DNA of 64,000 nucleotides from Desulfatiglandales bacterium (GTDB lineage Bacteria; Desulfobacterota; DSM-4660; Desulfatiglandales; Desulfatiglandaceae), in assembly GCA_963662465.1 (NCBI GenBank), contig OY759599.1:5376001-5440000 (forward strand). Reading direction: 5' to 3'. The notes under the pieces are model-generated. The model made no database searches and was not told the DNA's origin. It saw only the letters and a list, made by a program, of their open reading frames with translations. The position numbers and the translations under genes were made by a program. Each line of letters starts with the position of its first letter. The first letter of the stretch is position 1. Positions 39,295 to 48,661 of this stretch are shown here, piece after piece.

Positions 39295-39366
39295 GGTAGG
39301 TCAGGGTGCGGCGCGTCCCCGTTTTTTCCTGGTAGGTCAGGGTGCGGCGCGTCCCCGTTTTTTCCT
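39295..39366 (+). repeat. 36-bp perfect tandem duplication
   Basis: ggtaggtcagggtgcggcgcgtccccgttttttcct x2 with no spacer. Confidence 0.9.
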
Positions 39367-39656
39367 CTGACGCTGTTGAATCCCAAATGGGTCGAAATCC
39401 ATCAAACGACCGAGAAAACCCCAACGCGCCGTTCCCTGACATTCTCACCACCCCAACGTTGCCAATGGGATTATCGGTTTATGCCGAATCAATGTCAGGT
39501 AATCCCGCGTGTGGACATGTGGGATTTTGAATGTTCATGGGGGTTGACGTGGAAATCGAAATTTCGCGGTAAAAATGTGAACGCGGGACAACCTGACCTA
39601 CGGACTATACAACTTTTCCCCTCCGGGAATGTTTTCACGTCAATCCGCGATGAACC

Positions 39657-40336
39657 GAAAATCCTTTGTGGCGTCCGGATCATTTCAGTTATGAATTGTG
39701 GGGAAGTCGTGCCGGGTTGTGGTTTCCATGCGTGAAGCTTCAGTTATGAATTGTGGGGAAGTCGTGCCGGGTTGTGGTTTCCATGCGTGAAGCTTGGGAA
39801 AACTTGATTACCGTGAGAAATGGGCGGAACTGGAGGCATCGCCCAAGACCAATCCCTTTGCCTCGGTTGTGATGGCGCATTTGAAGGCGGTTGAAACCAA
39901 AGGAAACAACGAGCAGCGATACCGGTGGAAGCTGATCCTCATTAAAAGGCTCTACCGCCAGGGATACGCTAAAGCAGATGTGATCAGGCTGTTTGCATTT
40001 ATAGATTGGGTCATGTCCCTGCCCGCGGATATGGAAAAAGGCCTTTGGACGGAAATCCAAAAGTTCGAGGAGGAAACGAAAATGGAATATGTTACCAGCG
40101 TGGAAAGAATCGGTATGGAGAAAGGTATGGAGAAAGGCATGGAGAAAGGCAGCCTGAATCTTCTGTGCCGTCAAATTGCGAAGCGGTTTAAAACCGGTTA
40201 CGAATCGCTTCCGCCAATCTTCACGGGTTTGCGTACGGAAGATATCGAAGATCTTGGCGAGCGTTTCCTGGATGCCGAGAGCGTGGATGAGATTCGTCGA
40301 TGGGCGGAAGAGAAACGCAGGGCGAGGATGCAGTAG
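39657..40336 (+). pseudogene. Second, 5'-truncated copy of the Rpn/YadD-type gene
   Basis: 39657-40350 closely matches 38096-38745; contains a 55-bp tandem duplication at 39686-39795; 3 rather than 5 (M/I)EKG units. Confidence 0.85.
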
Positions 40337-40382
40337 AGCAGGGACTCAGAATTCATTTCGTTTCCAAGCATGAAACTCCCCC

Positions 40383-40408
40383 AGAGACAAGGCATGCCTT
40401 GTCTCTAC
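40383..40408. repeat. REP-like perfect palindrome
   Basis: agagacaaggcatgccttgtctct(ac) is a 24-bp palindrome ending in CTAC (GTAG on the minus strand). Confidence 0.7.
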
Positions 40409-40573
40409 AGCAGCTGCGTGCATTTGTACAACCTGCTTTTGTGTTCGATGAAAATGTACTGGCCAAAATCCCCGTACAAACACCCCTCCGTCAAGCAAAA
40501 CCCCCTATCCATGTACGGCTTCAGCCGTGAGTTTTACTTCGAGAGCCTTTCAGGGAAAACTTCAAAAAGGACC

Positions 40574-41503
40574 TCACTTGGGCATTGTTTTTTTGTATTG
40601 GTTGAAACGACCCGGCAGATGCGCCAGGGCCTTTGCATCGGGATAGCGACGCAGTTGAACCTCACAGTTCTGAATCCTTTGCCCAAGAGGCGGATGCGTT
40701 GAAAACCAGGATCCCTTTCGGGTGGAAGCCGCCTGAATGCGTTTCAGTTCTTCCAGCACCTGGATCAGACCGCCGGGATCATAGCCGGTCCGGTAGGCGG
40801 TCTCCATAGCGCTTGTATCCGCTTCAAATTCCATATTTTGGTCCAGACCTTTGTCAAAGAGGGTATCCTGCAGGCCCCCAATCATGTCTTCGAACTGCTT
40901 TCCCTTCTGACCTTCCATCGTGGCGGACGTAATTTTTCCAACGCCATTGAAAAACTGTGCCCGCTGTATGGACTTCAGCGCATGCTTGTGCCCCACATGG
41001 GCCACCTCGTGCGCCAGGATTCCGGCCAATTGGTCCTCGCTTTGAATGGTTTCCAAAAGACCTGAACTGACAAAAACGATGCCCCCCGGGCAACTGAAGG
41101 CGTTTTGCAGGGGGCTATCCACCACAACGAAATTATAGGGAATTTCGGGGCGATTGGAATTTTTTGCCACCGCGGTCCCCACCAGGTTCACATACGCCTG
41201 AAGAGCCTTGTCTTTTACCGGGAGACCGTAGCGGCGAAAGCCCTCGAGAGCCAGGCTTTCACCAATGGTTCTTTCGGACTTGTAGTCGATTTCAGAAGTG
41301 GACCCCAAAACCGAAACCGCTCCCGTAAGGATCTTGTTTTCCTTAGAATTGGGATCCATCAGTTTATCCAGCAATCCCGCAAACTGCAGGTGGTCTGTTT
41401 CCCCTCTTTTTGTATCCTGGTTCGTGCCGAAAGCAAAGACAGTGCTGACCACAAAAAAACATGCCGACAGGAAAAAAAATACAATTGCAATTCTTTTATG
41501 CAT
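40574..41503 (-). CDS. M48 family metallopeptidase
   Basis: Signal peptide, NAFSCPGG, LAGILAHEVAH (HExxH), EFEAD, GYDP, FSTHP. Confidence 0.9.
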   Translation of the reverse strand: MHKRIAIVFFFLSACFFVVSTVFAFGTNQDTKRGETDHLQFAGLLDKLMDPNSKENKILTGAVSVLGSTSEIDYKSERTIGESLALEGFRRYGLPVKDKALQAYVNLVGTAVAKNSNRPEIPYNFVVVDSPLQNAFSCPGGIVFVSSGLLETIQSEDQLAGILAHEVAHVGHKHALKSIQRAQFFNGVGKITSATMEGQKGKQFEDMIGGLQDTLFDKGLDQNMEFEADTSAMETAYRTGYDPGGLIQVLEELKRIQAASTRKGSWFSTHPPLGQRIQNCEVQLRRYPDAKALAHLPGRFNQYKKTMPK

Positions 41504-41550
41504 GGCTCGACCCCATCTGAAAAATTATTTTGGTTGAAAATCTCAGACCC

Positions 41551-42060
41551 TTACTGCGCATATTCGCCGATCTTTCCGGCTTTCAGAAAGACATCCAGCT
41601 CCCTGTTCGTGATGTGAATGGCCAAGACCTGATCCAGCGCTTTTTTGTAAACCTCAGGCGTTCTCCGCTTTTGGGCATACTGCTCGGTTTCCTTGGACAA
41701 ACCGCGGATACTCCGGGAGGTCTGGGCCTCATCGGCGCTGATACTGCCGACCTGCATGGACCCAAAAAGGTTGTCGGATTCCCCTGTTTCCTTTGCAGGC
41801 GGCGCATCGGACAATTTCCCCCGATACATCCACCCGTTTTCACCCGATGAAGTCCGCACCCGATACCAGCGGTCTTGGGATTCCAGAACGGAGACCTTGG
41901 CGCCCACGGGAACCGTTGACAGGGTGGTGGATGATGCACCGGGTTCAACCTTAAGCTTGGCATTCTCCGAAGTTACCCACATGGCGCCGCCCGCAAATGC
42001 CGAAAAATGGGAAAAACATAAAACCGCCGTAAAAACCATCAACAGATGCCGTGCTTTCAT
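41551..42060 (-). CDS. Exported SH3 domain protein
   Basis: Signal peptide, GAKVSVLESQDRWYRV...GENGWM (bacterial SH3), C-terminal SIRGL motif. Confidence 0.82.
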   Translation of the reverse strand: MKARHLLMVFTAVLCFSHFSAFAGGAMWVTSENAKLKVEPGASSTTLSTVPVGAKVSVLESQDRWYRVRTSSGENGWMYRGKLSDAPPAKETGESDNLFGSMQVGSISADEAQTSRSIRGLSKETEQYAQKRRTPEVYKKALDQVLAIHITNRELDVFLKAGKIGEYAQ

Positions 42061-42257
42061 TTTTTATGACCCCTCAAAAAATATTATGGAACAACAATCC
42101 CGAGCGGCTAGCCGCAGTTTTAAGTTTTAGGTTTTAAGTCTTCCTGAAAATAATCTTCTTGCTTTTTTCTACCAGAGTTTCAGCGTGTAGGACGTTATCA
42201 TATGATTTTGAGGTTTTTTTTTCAACCTATTCCAGAAATATCGCATTTGTATTTTTT

Positions 42258-42412
42258 GGCTCATCGTGGATTCGCGTGAGATTTGGCTTCTGAGCCGATT
42301 GTAGGTGCGACTTCAGTCGCACATTAAGCCGACCCTGTGCGACTGAAGTCGCACCTACAGCCCGAACCGAAACAATCTCAAAGCACGATTTCACGTTAAT
42401 CCGCAATGAACC
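42258..42412. mobile_element. 155-bp MITE, copy 2, with perfect 8-bp TSD
   Basis: Same ends and body as 37882-38034; flanked by tatttttt at 42250-42257 and 42413-42420. Confidence 0.92.
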
Positions 42413-42435
42413 TATTTTTTTTCTTGCCGAGGTCC

Positions 42436-43200
42436 TTAATGTTGAACATATCCCAGTTCCGCTGAAATCCCCCGACCGGCGTCCTTCAGCATCTCAATCA
42501 ATTCCTTTTGCTCCTCTCTAAAGATTGCTTCTTTCGAACCAATCAATGAAATGGAGGCAATAACGAGCCCTTCGTGGTCAAAAATGGGGACCGCCAAAGC
42601 CGCAGTCCCCGTGTCTACTTCTGAATTACTCACGCTAAAGCCTTGTCTTCGAATGGATGCAAGCGCTTGTTTGAGTTCTTCCAGATCTGTAATGGTGTTT
42701 CTATTTAGTTTCGTAAGGCCTTTGCGCTGAATCATTTCGTGAAGGAACGTTTGACCTTTATAAGCGAGTACAGCCTTCCCCGGGGCGCCCGCATGAAGGG
42801 GAATCCTGGCGCCTTTCTTCATTGTCAGCTTAACCAGTCTTGGCGTTTCAACCGTATCCACACACAGGACATCCAAATCATCGCTTACGGTCAGGACAAC
42901 GGTTTCGCGAGAACGACCCGCAATGGATACCAGGTAGGGATGCACGATTTCAAGCAACGAGAAATTTTCGGATGCAAGAATCCCCAACTTGAAAATTTTG
43001 AAGCCGAGACAAAATTTATTGGTTTTTTCGTCTTTTGCGAGGATTTCATTTTGGATAAATACTTTCAGATAGTTATAGGTCGTACTCGAAGGGATACAGA
43101 GAAATTCTGAAATCTCCTGGGCCGATAGTTTCCGATGTCCCGAATCGAAAAGGGAGAGAATTTGAATCGCTTTTTCCAATGAACCAAATGATTTACTCAT
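42436..43200 (-). CDS. IclR family transcriptional regulator
   Basis: SLEKAIQILS HTH, ETVVL, PLHAGAPGKAVLA, IRRQGFS...E, AVPIFD. ATG 43200 overlaps the upstream stop. Confidence 0.92.
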   Translation of the reverse strand: MSKSFGSLEKAIQILSLFDSGHRKLSAQEISEFLCIPSSTTYNYLKVFIQNEILAKDEKTNKFCLGFKIFKLGILASENFSLLEIVHPYLVSIAGRSRETVVLTVSDDLDVLCVDTVETPRLVKLTMKKGARIPLHAGAPGKAVLAYKGQTFLHEMIQRKGLTKLNRNTITDLEELKQALASIRRQGFSVSNSEVDTGTAALAVPIFDHEGLVIASISLIGSKEAIFREEQKELIEMLKDAGRGISAELGYVQH

Positions 43201-44779
43201 TGCAATGGGCGTCCTTGCCATAATGCCCTTTGAGTACCCTGTGGAGGATTTTGCCAGTGGCGGTCTTGGGCATTTCCGCTTCCCTTATGAAATCGATGTT
43301 TTTCGGCCGCTTGTATCCGGCAATCTTGTCGCGGGCAAAATTGATGATCTCCTGGGCCAGGGCTTCTCCCGCCCCATAACCATCATTCAGGACCACAACC
43401 GCCCTGATTTTTTCACCCCATTTTTCGTCGGGCACGCCGATCACCGCCACTTCCTTGACAGCCGCATGCTCACGAAGCACATTTTCCACTTCCGAAGGGT
43501 AAACGTTTTCACCACCGGTAATGATCATGTTCGCTTTCCGGTCCACCAGGGTGTAGTAGCCGTCTTCATCCCGCTTTGCCATATCTCCCGCGGAAAACCA
43601 CTCTCCTTCGAACGCTTTTTTTGTTTTCTCCGGGTCCTTCAGGTACTCTTTGAAAACGCAGGGGGCCCGGTAAAACAGTTCACCGACTTCGCCCTCCGGA
43701 ACCTCATTTCTATCCTCGTCAAGGAGTTTAATGCGGTCAGATCCGAAAATCTCCTTGCCGATGGAGCCCAGTTTCCTGAATTGATCTTCAGGTCTGAGCA
43801 GCGTTCCCAGGCCGCCTTCCGTACTCCCATAGGCTTCCCAAAGCTCCGCATTCTTGAAATAATCCATGATGGCCAGTTTCAGGTCTTTGCCGGCCGGCGC
43901 CGAAGAAACGAGCAGTTGCCTAATGGACGAAACATTCTTGCTTTTTTTGATTTCCTCCGGCAAATCCAGAATCATGCGGTAATGGGTCGGCACCAGAGAG
44001 GTGTAGGTGATTTGATATTTGTCAATGGTCGCCAGCAGATCTTCGGGATCAAAGCTTGTCATGTTGTAAACGAATACCGGCGCCGTCATTAAGGTATAGG
44101 GAAAAGAATATTGGATGGAATTCACATGACACATGGGCATCACGAGCATCACCTTGTCCGTGGGCCGTACGCCCATGTTGATATTGCTCAACAGGTAATG
44201 GGAGATATGGCTTTCGTGGGTTCGCACCACGCCCTTGGGTCGTCCCGTCGTCCCTGACGTGTACATGATGTTCCAGATATCATCCCCATCGATCAGCCGC
44301 TCCGGCTCATTGGGCGAGGATCTTGCCAGGAGTGCTTCATACCCGACATAGCCCTCCGGCACGGGACCCTCTCCCAAATAAATAAAGGCCTCCTTTGGAA
44401 CCCGCAGCTTGTCTTTAATGCGATCGATGAGCCCAACAAAAGGGGCTTCAACAATCATTGCCTTACATTCCGAATGATTGACGATGTATTCAATTTCAGG
44501 CCCCGCCAGACGGAACATGATGGGCGCCACCACCTGCCCGCCCTTGGCGCACCCGGCAAAGACATCCATCCATTCCCCTCGGTTGTAGGAAATGACGGCA
44601 AACGTGTCTTTATAGCCGACGCCCAGATTTTTCAAGCCGTTTGAAAAACAGCAGGCTCTCTTATTCCATTTTGAAAAGGTAAATTCCTTTGTTTTGTCCT
44701 GCCACCCCAACTTATCGGGATAGTTAAGGGCGTTCATTTTAAGGATGTCGCCCACATGCATCCACTTGCTGCGATTCAT
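43193..44779 (-). CDS. Acyl-CoA synthetase (AMP-binding, long-chain-fatty-acid-CoA ligase family)
   Basis: YTSGTTGRPKG, YGSTEG, AGDMA, DRKANMIITGGENVYPSEVE, PKTATGK. Confidence 0.92.
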   Translation of the reverse strand: MNRSKWMHVGDILKMNALNYPDKLGWQDKTKEFTFSKWNKRACCFSNGLKNLGVGYKDTFAVISYNRGEWMDVFAGCAKGGQVVAPIMFRLAGPEIEYIVNHSECKAMIVEAPFVGLIDRIKDKLRVPKEAFIYLGEGPVPEGYVGYEALLARSSPNEPERLIDGDDIWNIMYTSGTTGRPKGVVRTHESHISHYLLSNINMGVRPTDKVMLVMPMCHVNSIQYSFPYTLMTAPVFVYNMTSFDPEDLLATIDKYQITYTSLVPTHYRMILDLPEEIKKSKNVSSIRQLLVSSAPAGKDLKLAIMDYFKNAELWEAYGSTEGGLGTLLRPEDQFRKLGSIGKEIFGSDRIKLLDEDRNEVPEGEVGELFYRAPCVFKEYLKDPEKTKKAFEGEWFSAGDMAKRDEDGYYTLVDRKANMIITGGENVYPSEVENVLREHAAVKEVAVIGVPDEKWGEKIRAVVVLNDGYGAGEALAQEIINFARDKIAGYKRPKNIDFIREAEMPKTATGKILHRVLKGHYGKDAHCNE

Positions 44780-44808
44780 ACCGAAAAATCCTCTCTATTT
44801 TAAGCCTG

Positions 44809-45747
44809 TCAATTGCCTAGATATTTGTCTTCCACCGCCTTCACCAGGTTCGCCATGGTGGCATAACATGGGGTGGGAACACCTGTTTCTCTTCCGTATT
44901 CAACGACCTTTCCACCCAGGTAATCGATTTCGGTCCGTGTTTTATGGGCAACATCAAAACACATGGAATCTTTATGGATTCCCACCTTTTCAAGATAACC
45001 CAACGCCTGGACAAGGTAATCCTCTCCGAGATCATATCCTTTTGCTTTGGCCACCGCCAGGGCTTCCTGGAAGCAGGCATCGGCAATTTCCCGGGTGGGA
45101 GGAAAGGTCAAGGCCTCCTTGATGGTTTTGTCCGTGACGGCGCAAATGGAGGCCATAGTGCATTTCATAATCATCTTTTTCCAGACATACAGTTTAATGT
45201 CATCCACAAATTCCGTGTCCAAACCTCCCGCGGAGAACAGGTCCGCGATTTTTAGACCCATCTCCCGGTTTTCGGGGATTAAGGCGCCCAGGTGATTGGG
45301 CCGATTGAAAAAGGCCATTTCAACTTCGTACGGCCCTTTCAATGAAACGCCGAAATTGAGCGACATCCGAAATGCCGCCCCGGCTCCGAACGCTTCTGCA
45401 ATGAGATCTTCCGTCCCCAGTCCGTTATGGGTGCTGATAATTTTGGTTCCATCCTCGAATACCGTCTTCAACGCCTCCAGAACCGAAGGCAGATGGAAGG
45501 TCTTGGTGGAAACAAATATCACATTGGGACGGCGTTCTTTCATCTCTTCAATCCGCTCAAAAAAATGACGAACCGGCACATGGCACGTGAGTTCACCTGA
45601 AATCTTCAGCCCATTTTTACGAACTTCTTCTCCCAGGCCGGGCCTGGGGTCCACCAGCATGGTCTCCGGATCCTGTTTGAGCAGGGCCGCAGCCAACACA
45701 GCCCCCGTTGCACCAATACCAACCACGGCAACTCTAAGATCATCCAT
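44809..45747 (-). CDS. panE: Ketopantoate reductase (PanE/ApbA) family protein
   Basis: GIGATG Rossmann motif, K, HNGLG, VWKK, SM..D.....TEIDYLGG.VV, GVPTP. Confidence 0.8.
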   Translation of the reverse strand: MDDLRVAVVGIGATGAVLAAALLKQDPETMLVDPRPGLGEEVRKNGLKISGELTCHVPVRHFFERIEEMKERRPNVIFVSTKTFHLPSVLEALKTVFEDGTKIISTHNGLGTEDLIAEAFGAGAAFRMSLNFGVSLKGPYEVEMAFFNRPNHLGALIPENREMGLKIADLFSAGGLDTEFVDDIKLYVWKKMIMKCTMASICAVTDKTIKEALTFPPTREIADACFQEALAVAKAKGYDLGEDYLVQALGYLEKVGIHKDSMCFDVAHKTRTEIDYLGGKVVEYGRETGVPTPCYATMANLVKAVEDKYLGN

Positions 45748-45912
45748 CGTTAATACCGCCTTTCATTTAATAATTCTTATATTACAAGAGCGCATTCCTA
45801 CTATGCGGGATGATAGAAGGATGATTTTCGGAAGTCAAGAAAGTTTCTTGAAAATGGCATGCGTCTTTTTTTCAGATAGGTCGGAAACGCTTAAACGGTA
45901 AGCTTATGGAAA

Positions 45913-47175
45913 TCACACCGTAACCATCAAATCTTTTGAAATCGTCATATGAAAGGTTGCTCCTTGGGTTGTTTCAGGATCAACCCACACCCGCCCGCCA
46001 TGCCTTTCCGCCACCTCTTTGATGATGGCGAGCCCCAGACCGGATCCGGATATCCCTTTGGAACTTCCGTTTCTCTGAAAACGATCGAAAATTTTCTCCC
46101 TGCTTTTTTTCTTGATGCCCACACCATCGTCGCTGAACGAAAATACATGGAATTTGGGATCCTCTCGATATCCGATCTTAATATTGGCAAGATTTTCTCC
46201 ACCGTATTTTAGCGCATTATCCACAAAATTTCTGAACACCCTTGAAACAGCAATTTTGTCCGCAACAATTTCAGGGAAATCTTCCGCTTCCCGCCACCTG
46301 ATGCCCCGCTCCTTGAGCAAGGAGGAAACCTCTTTTTTGATCCCTTCCGTGATCTCCTTGATTTGAATTTTTTCGAAATTCATTGGCGTTTCCTTGGTGG
46401 CAATAAATGAGTTGAGCTTTTCCACCAGCAACACCATCTGTTTGGAAGTCTTCAGGATTTGATTGCAATAGGCTTGACCCCGTTCATCCAACTGTTCACC
46501 GTATTTTTTCTGAAGAAGGCGGGTCAGGCCGTAAACGCCAATGGCCGGACTTTTTAAATCATGGGCAATGGAGTAGGTAAAAAACTTTATGGTATTTTGT
46601 TTTTCTTTGAGTATTTTGACGTTGTTTTTCAGATCGCCATAAAGCTTGGCGTTATTTGCCGCAACCGCCAATTGGTGGCCTACGGTTGTAAGAAGATCGA
46701 TTTCATCCTGATCCAGATGGACCATTTCACTGCTTGCCACGTTCATAACCCCCTCCACCTTGTTCCTGGAAATCAATGGCACGCAAATGTCGATCAAAAG
46801 CCCTCTATCCGCAAGCAACGCCGCTCTTTGTCGGTCTTCCAATTGTGAAACATACTGGGCAATGAAAGATTTGGTTCTGGCGGATTTACCGGTAAAACCT
46901 TCATCGATACGCACTTTTTCAAGACCCGCTATTTCTATTCCCCGATAAGCGGCAAGCGATAACGATTTACCACCCTTATCCATCAAATAGATTCTTCCGA
47001 ATTTGAGGCCAAAATGTTCCAACACCATGGAGAGGGCGCCTTCCAGAAGCACTTTGGGTTCCATAGGGGTCGCCAGGAAGTTACTCATTTCAATCAAAAA
47101 GGAAAGCGCTCTGTTTCTTTGCTTTAACTTCGGCGTATTTAACTTTATGGATATGTATTTTTTGTCATGCAGCAT
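45913..47175 (-). CDS. GAF-domain sensor histidine kinase
   Basis: GAF domain, H-box SIAHDLKSP, N-box NALKY, DDGVG, GSGLGL. Confidence 0.92.
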   Translation of the reverse strand: MLHDKKYISIKLNTPKLKQRNRALSFLIEMSNFLATPMEPKVLLEGALSMVLEHFGLKFGRIYLMDKGGKSLSLAAYRGIEIAGLEKVRIDEGFTGKSARTKSFIAQYVSQLEDRQRAALLADRGLLIDICVPLISRNKVEGVMNVASSEMVHLDQDEIDLLTTVGHQLAVAANNAKLYGDLKNNVKILKEKQNTIKFFTYSIAHDLKSPAIGVYGLTRLLQKKYGEQLDERGQAYCNQILKTSKQMVLLVEKLNSFIATKETPMNFEKIQIKEITEGIKKEVSSLLKERGIRWREAEDFPEIVADKIAVSRVFRNFVDNALKYGGENLANIKIGYREDPKFHVFSFSDDGVGIKKKSREKIFDRFQRNGSSKGISGSGLGLAIIKEVAERHGGRVWVDPETTQGATFHMTISKDLMVTV

Positions 47176-47225
47176 AAAATGACCTCACACTGGTCTCATT
47201 ATCCGGCAACCTGACGCTCATTTAT

Positions 47226-48125
47226 TTAATCCACAACCCAAATTGCCTGATTCTTTGCAAAATTAATCAGTTTGTTGCTGACGCGTCCCATAAGAAAATC
47301 TCTTACCCTGGAAAGCCCCCTTCTCCCCACAACAATGGTCCCATACCCGCCATCCCTGGCTTCCTGAGCCACGGCAGCAGCACGGCTTCGCACACCCGTG
47401 ATAATTTTGGTGGTGATCCGATCCGGATCAAACCCTGAAGCGATCAAAACGCCCCTCGCTTCATCAAACACCCCATTCATATCCATTTTACCCGCGTTCA
47501 CATATTCCGGGTTATCACCTCTGATCACATGGATGAATCTCGCCTCAAAACCGGATGCGCCTAACAAATTTCCCACATAGTCGACAGCGCGCATGGCGTT
47601 TTCCGAACCGTCCAGAGCCAGAAGCACCGATCCTGCCGCGGGTTTCTTTCCGACTACCAGAATTGGAACAAAAGAAATTTTTCCAATGAGCTTTGTTGCA
47701 ATACTTCCCAACACAAGATCTTTCAGGTTGCTCATTCCTTTTCTGCCCACCAAAACACCATTATAATCCCGTTCCGCCTCTTTTGCAATATCTCGGGCAA
47801 ACCCCCGTTTTCGATTGTGGATTTTCGTTGTCACGGATTCCTTGGGAAAACCGGCGCGCCAGAGGATTTTCTCCGCTTTTTGCATATATTTCTGAATGGT
47901 TTTTTCCCGTTCCTTGTCCCAGGCTCTGGCTTCACTCATCCGCCATGCCGCCGAACTGTTCTTTTCAAGATCCCAATAGCTTTCGGGTATTTTACTATGG
48001 ACGTTGAACAACACCATCTCCATTTCTTTAAATGTCGGAATTCTACCGACATACCTGACGATTTCCAGAGCATTTTCAGAGCCATCCACAGCCAACAACA
48101 TTTTCTTTTTGGACTGTTCCGTCAT
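47226..48125 (-). CDS. Universal stress protein (tandem Usp domains)
   Basis: Two LLA.DGSENA motifs; VGRKG/VGRRG...GS/GRVS. Confidence 0.9.
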   Translation of the reverse strand: MTEQSKKKMLLAVDGSENALEIVRYVGRIPTFKEMEMVLFNVHSKIPESYWDLEKNSSAAWRMSEARAWDKEREKTIQKYMQKAEKILWRAGFPKESVTTKIHNRKRGFARDIAKEAERDYNGVLVGRKGMSNLKDLVLGSIATKLIGKISFVPILVVGKKPAAGSVLLALDGSENAMRAVDYVGNLLGASGFEARFIHVIRGDNPEYVNAGKMDMNGVFDEARGVLIASGFDPDRITTKIITGVRSRAAAVAQEARDGGYGTIVVGRRGLSRVRDFLMGRVSNKLINFAKNQAIWVVD

Positions 48126-48249
48126 TATTAATCCTCCCTAAGGCGGCAAGCCGAAGTTTTAAGTTTTCCTGAGAATGATTTTCTTGTTTTTTCTAGTTGT
48201 TCCTTGATTGCCATAAGATGCGGTCGATCACCGACCATACATTGCAGAA

Positions 48250-48265
48250 AGCACAGAGTATGCCA
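48250..48265 (-). promoter_or_regulatory. sigma54-type (-24/-12) promoter for the tandem Usp gene
   Basis: Minus strand TGGCATACTCTGTGCT (GG-N10-GC). Confidence 0.55.
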
Positions 48266-48592
48266 TTTTTTTAATGCAGATGGAGAATGCATGAGAGATA
48301 AGTCTGATAAACAATAACGCCCTTTTAACAAGGCAATCGGTTTCGAAATATTCCGAAATTCTCCTTCCAAAATTTCACCATCACGGGAATGTCCGGAAAA
48401 GGTGAGCGGGTCGATTTCCTATATTGGCAGGTATTTAAAACATGAAACTTTACAACCTGTAAAAGCCTCCGACAGTTCGGTTGCCCCATTGAACGATCTA
48501 AAACCATGGATAAAAAGGGATAACTGGATTGCGATACAAGAAAACAGCGGGTCTTTGGCCTTTTATATTTGAGATCCCCCGTTGCGTTTCCA

Positions 48593-48608
48593 TGGCACAC
48601 TTTATGCT
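48593..48608 (+). promoter_or_regulatory. sigma54-type (-24/-12) promoter for the Usp gene
   Basis: TGGCACACTTTATGCT (GG-N10-GC), ~55 bp upstream of the ATG. Confidence 0.65.
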
Positions 48609-48661
48609 GAAAATCAAATTATCTTTCATTTCTTTGAACATAAAACAGGAGGCGTCAAGAA

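Larger units (their letters stand above)
38965..39656. mobile_element. 692-bp non-autonomous element with the same TIRs as the MITE
   Basis: 25-bp TIRs with 2 mismatches (ggctcatcgcggattaacgtgaaaa vs reverse complement ggttcatcgcggattgacgtgaaaa); no matching TSD. Confidence 0.7.

Noticed and set aside
39295..39366. 36-bp direct repeat as a CRISPR array
   Set aside because: Only two copies, no spacer, and no cas genes in the window.
38096..40350. Duplicated Rpn 3' region as a DGR template/variable pair
   Set aside because: No reverse transcriptase, and differences are not adenine-specific.
43205..44092. 295-aa plus-strand ORF, and similarly 60704-62035 on the minus strand
   Set aside because: Antisense to well-supported acyl-CoA ligase and RHS genes.
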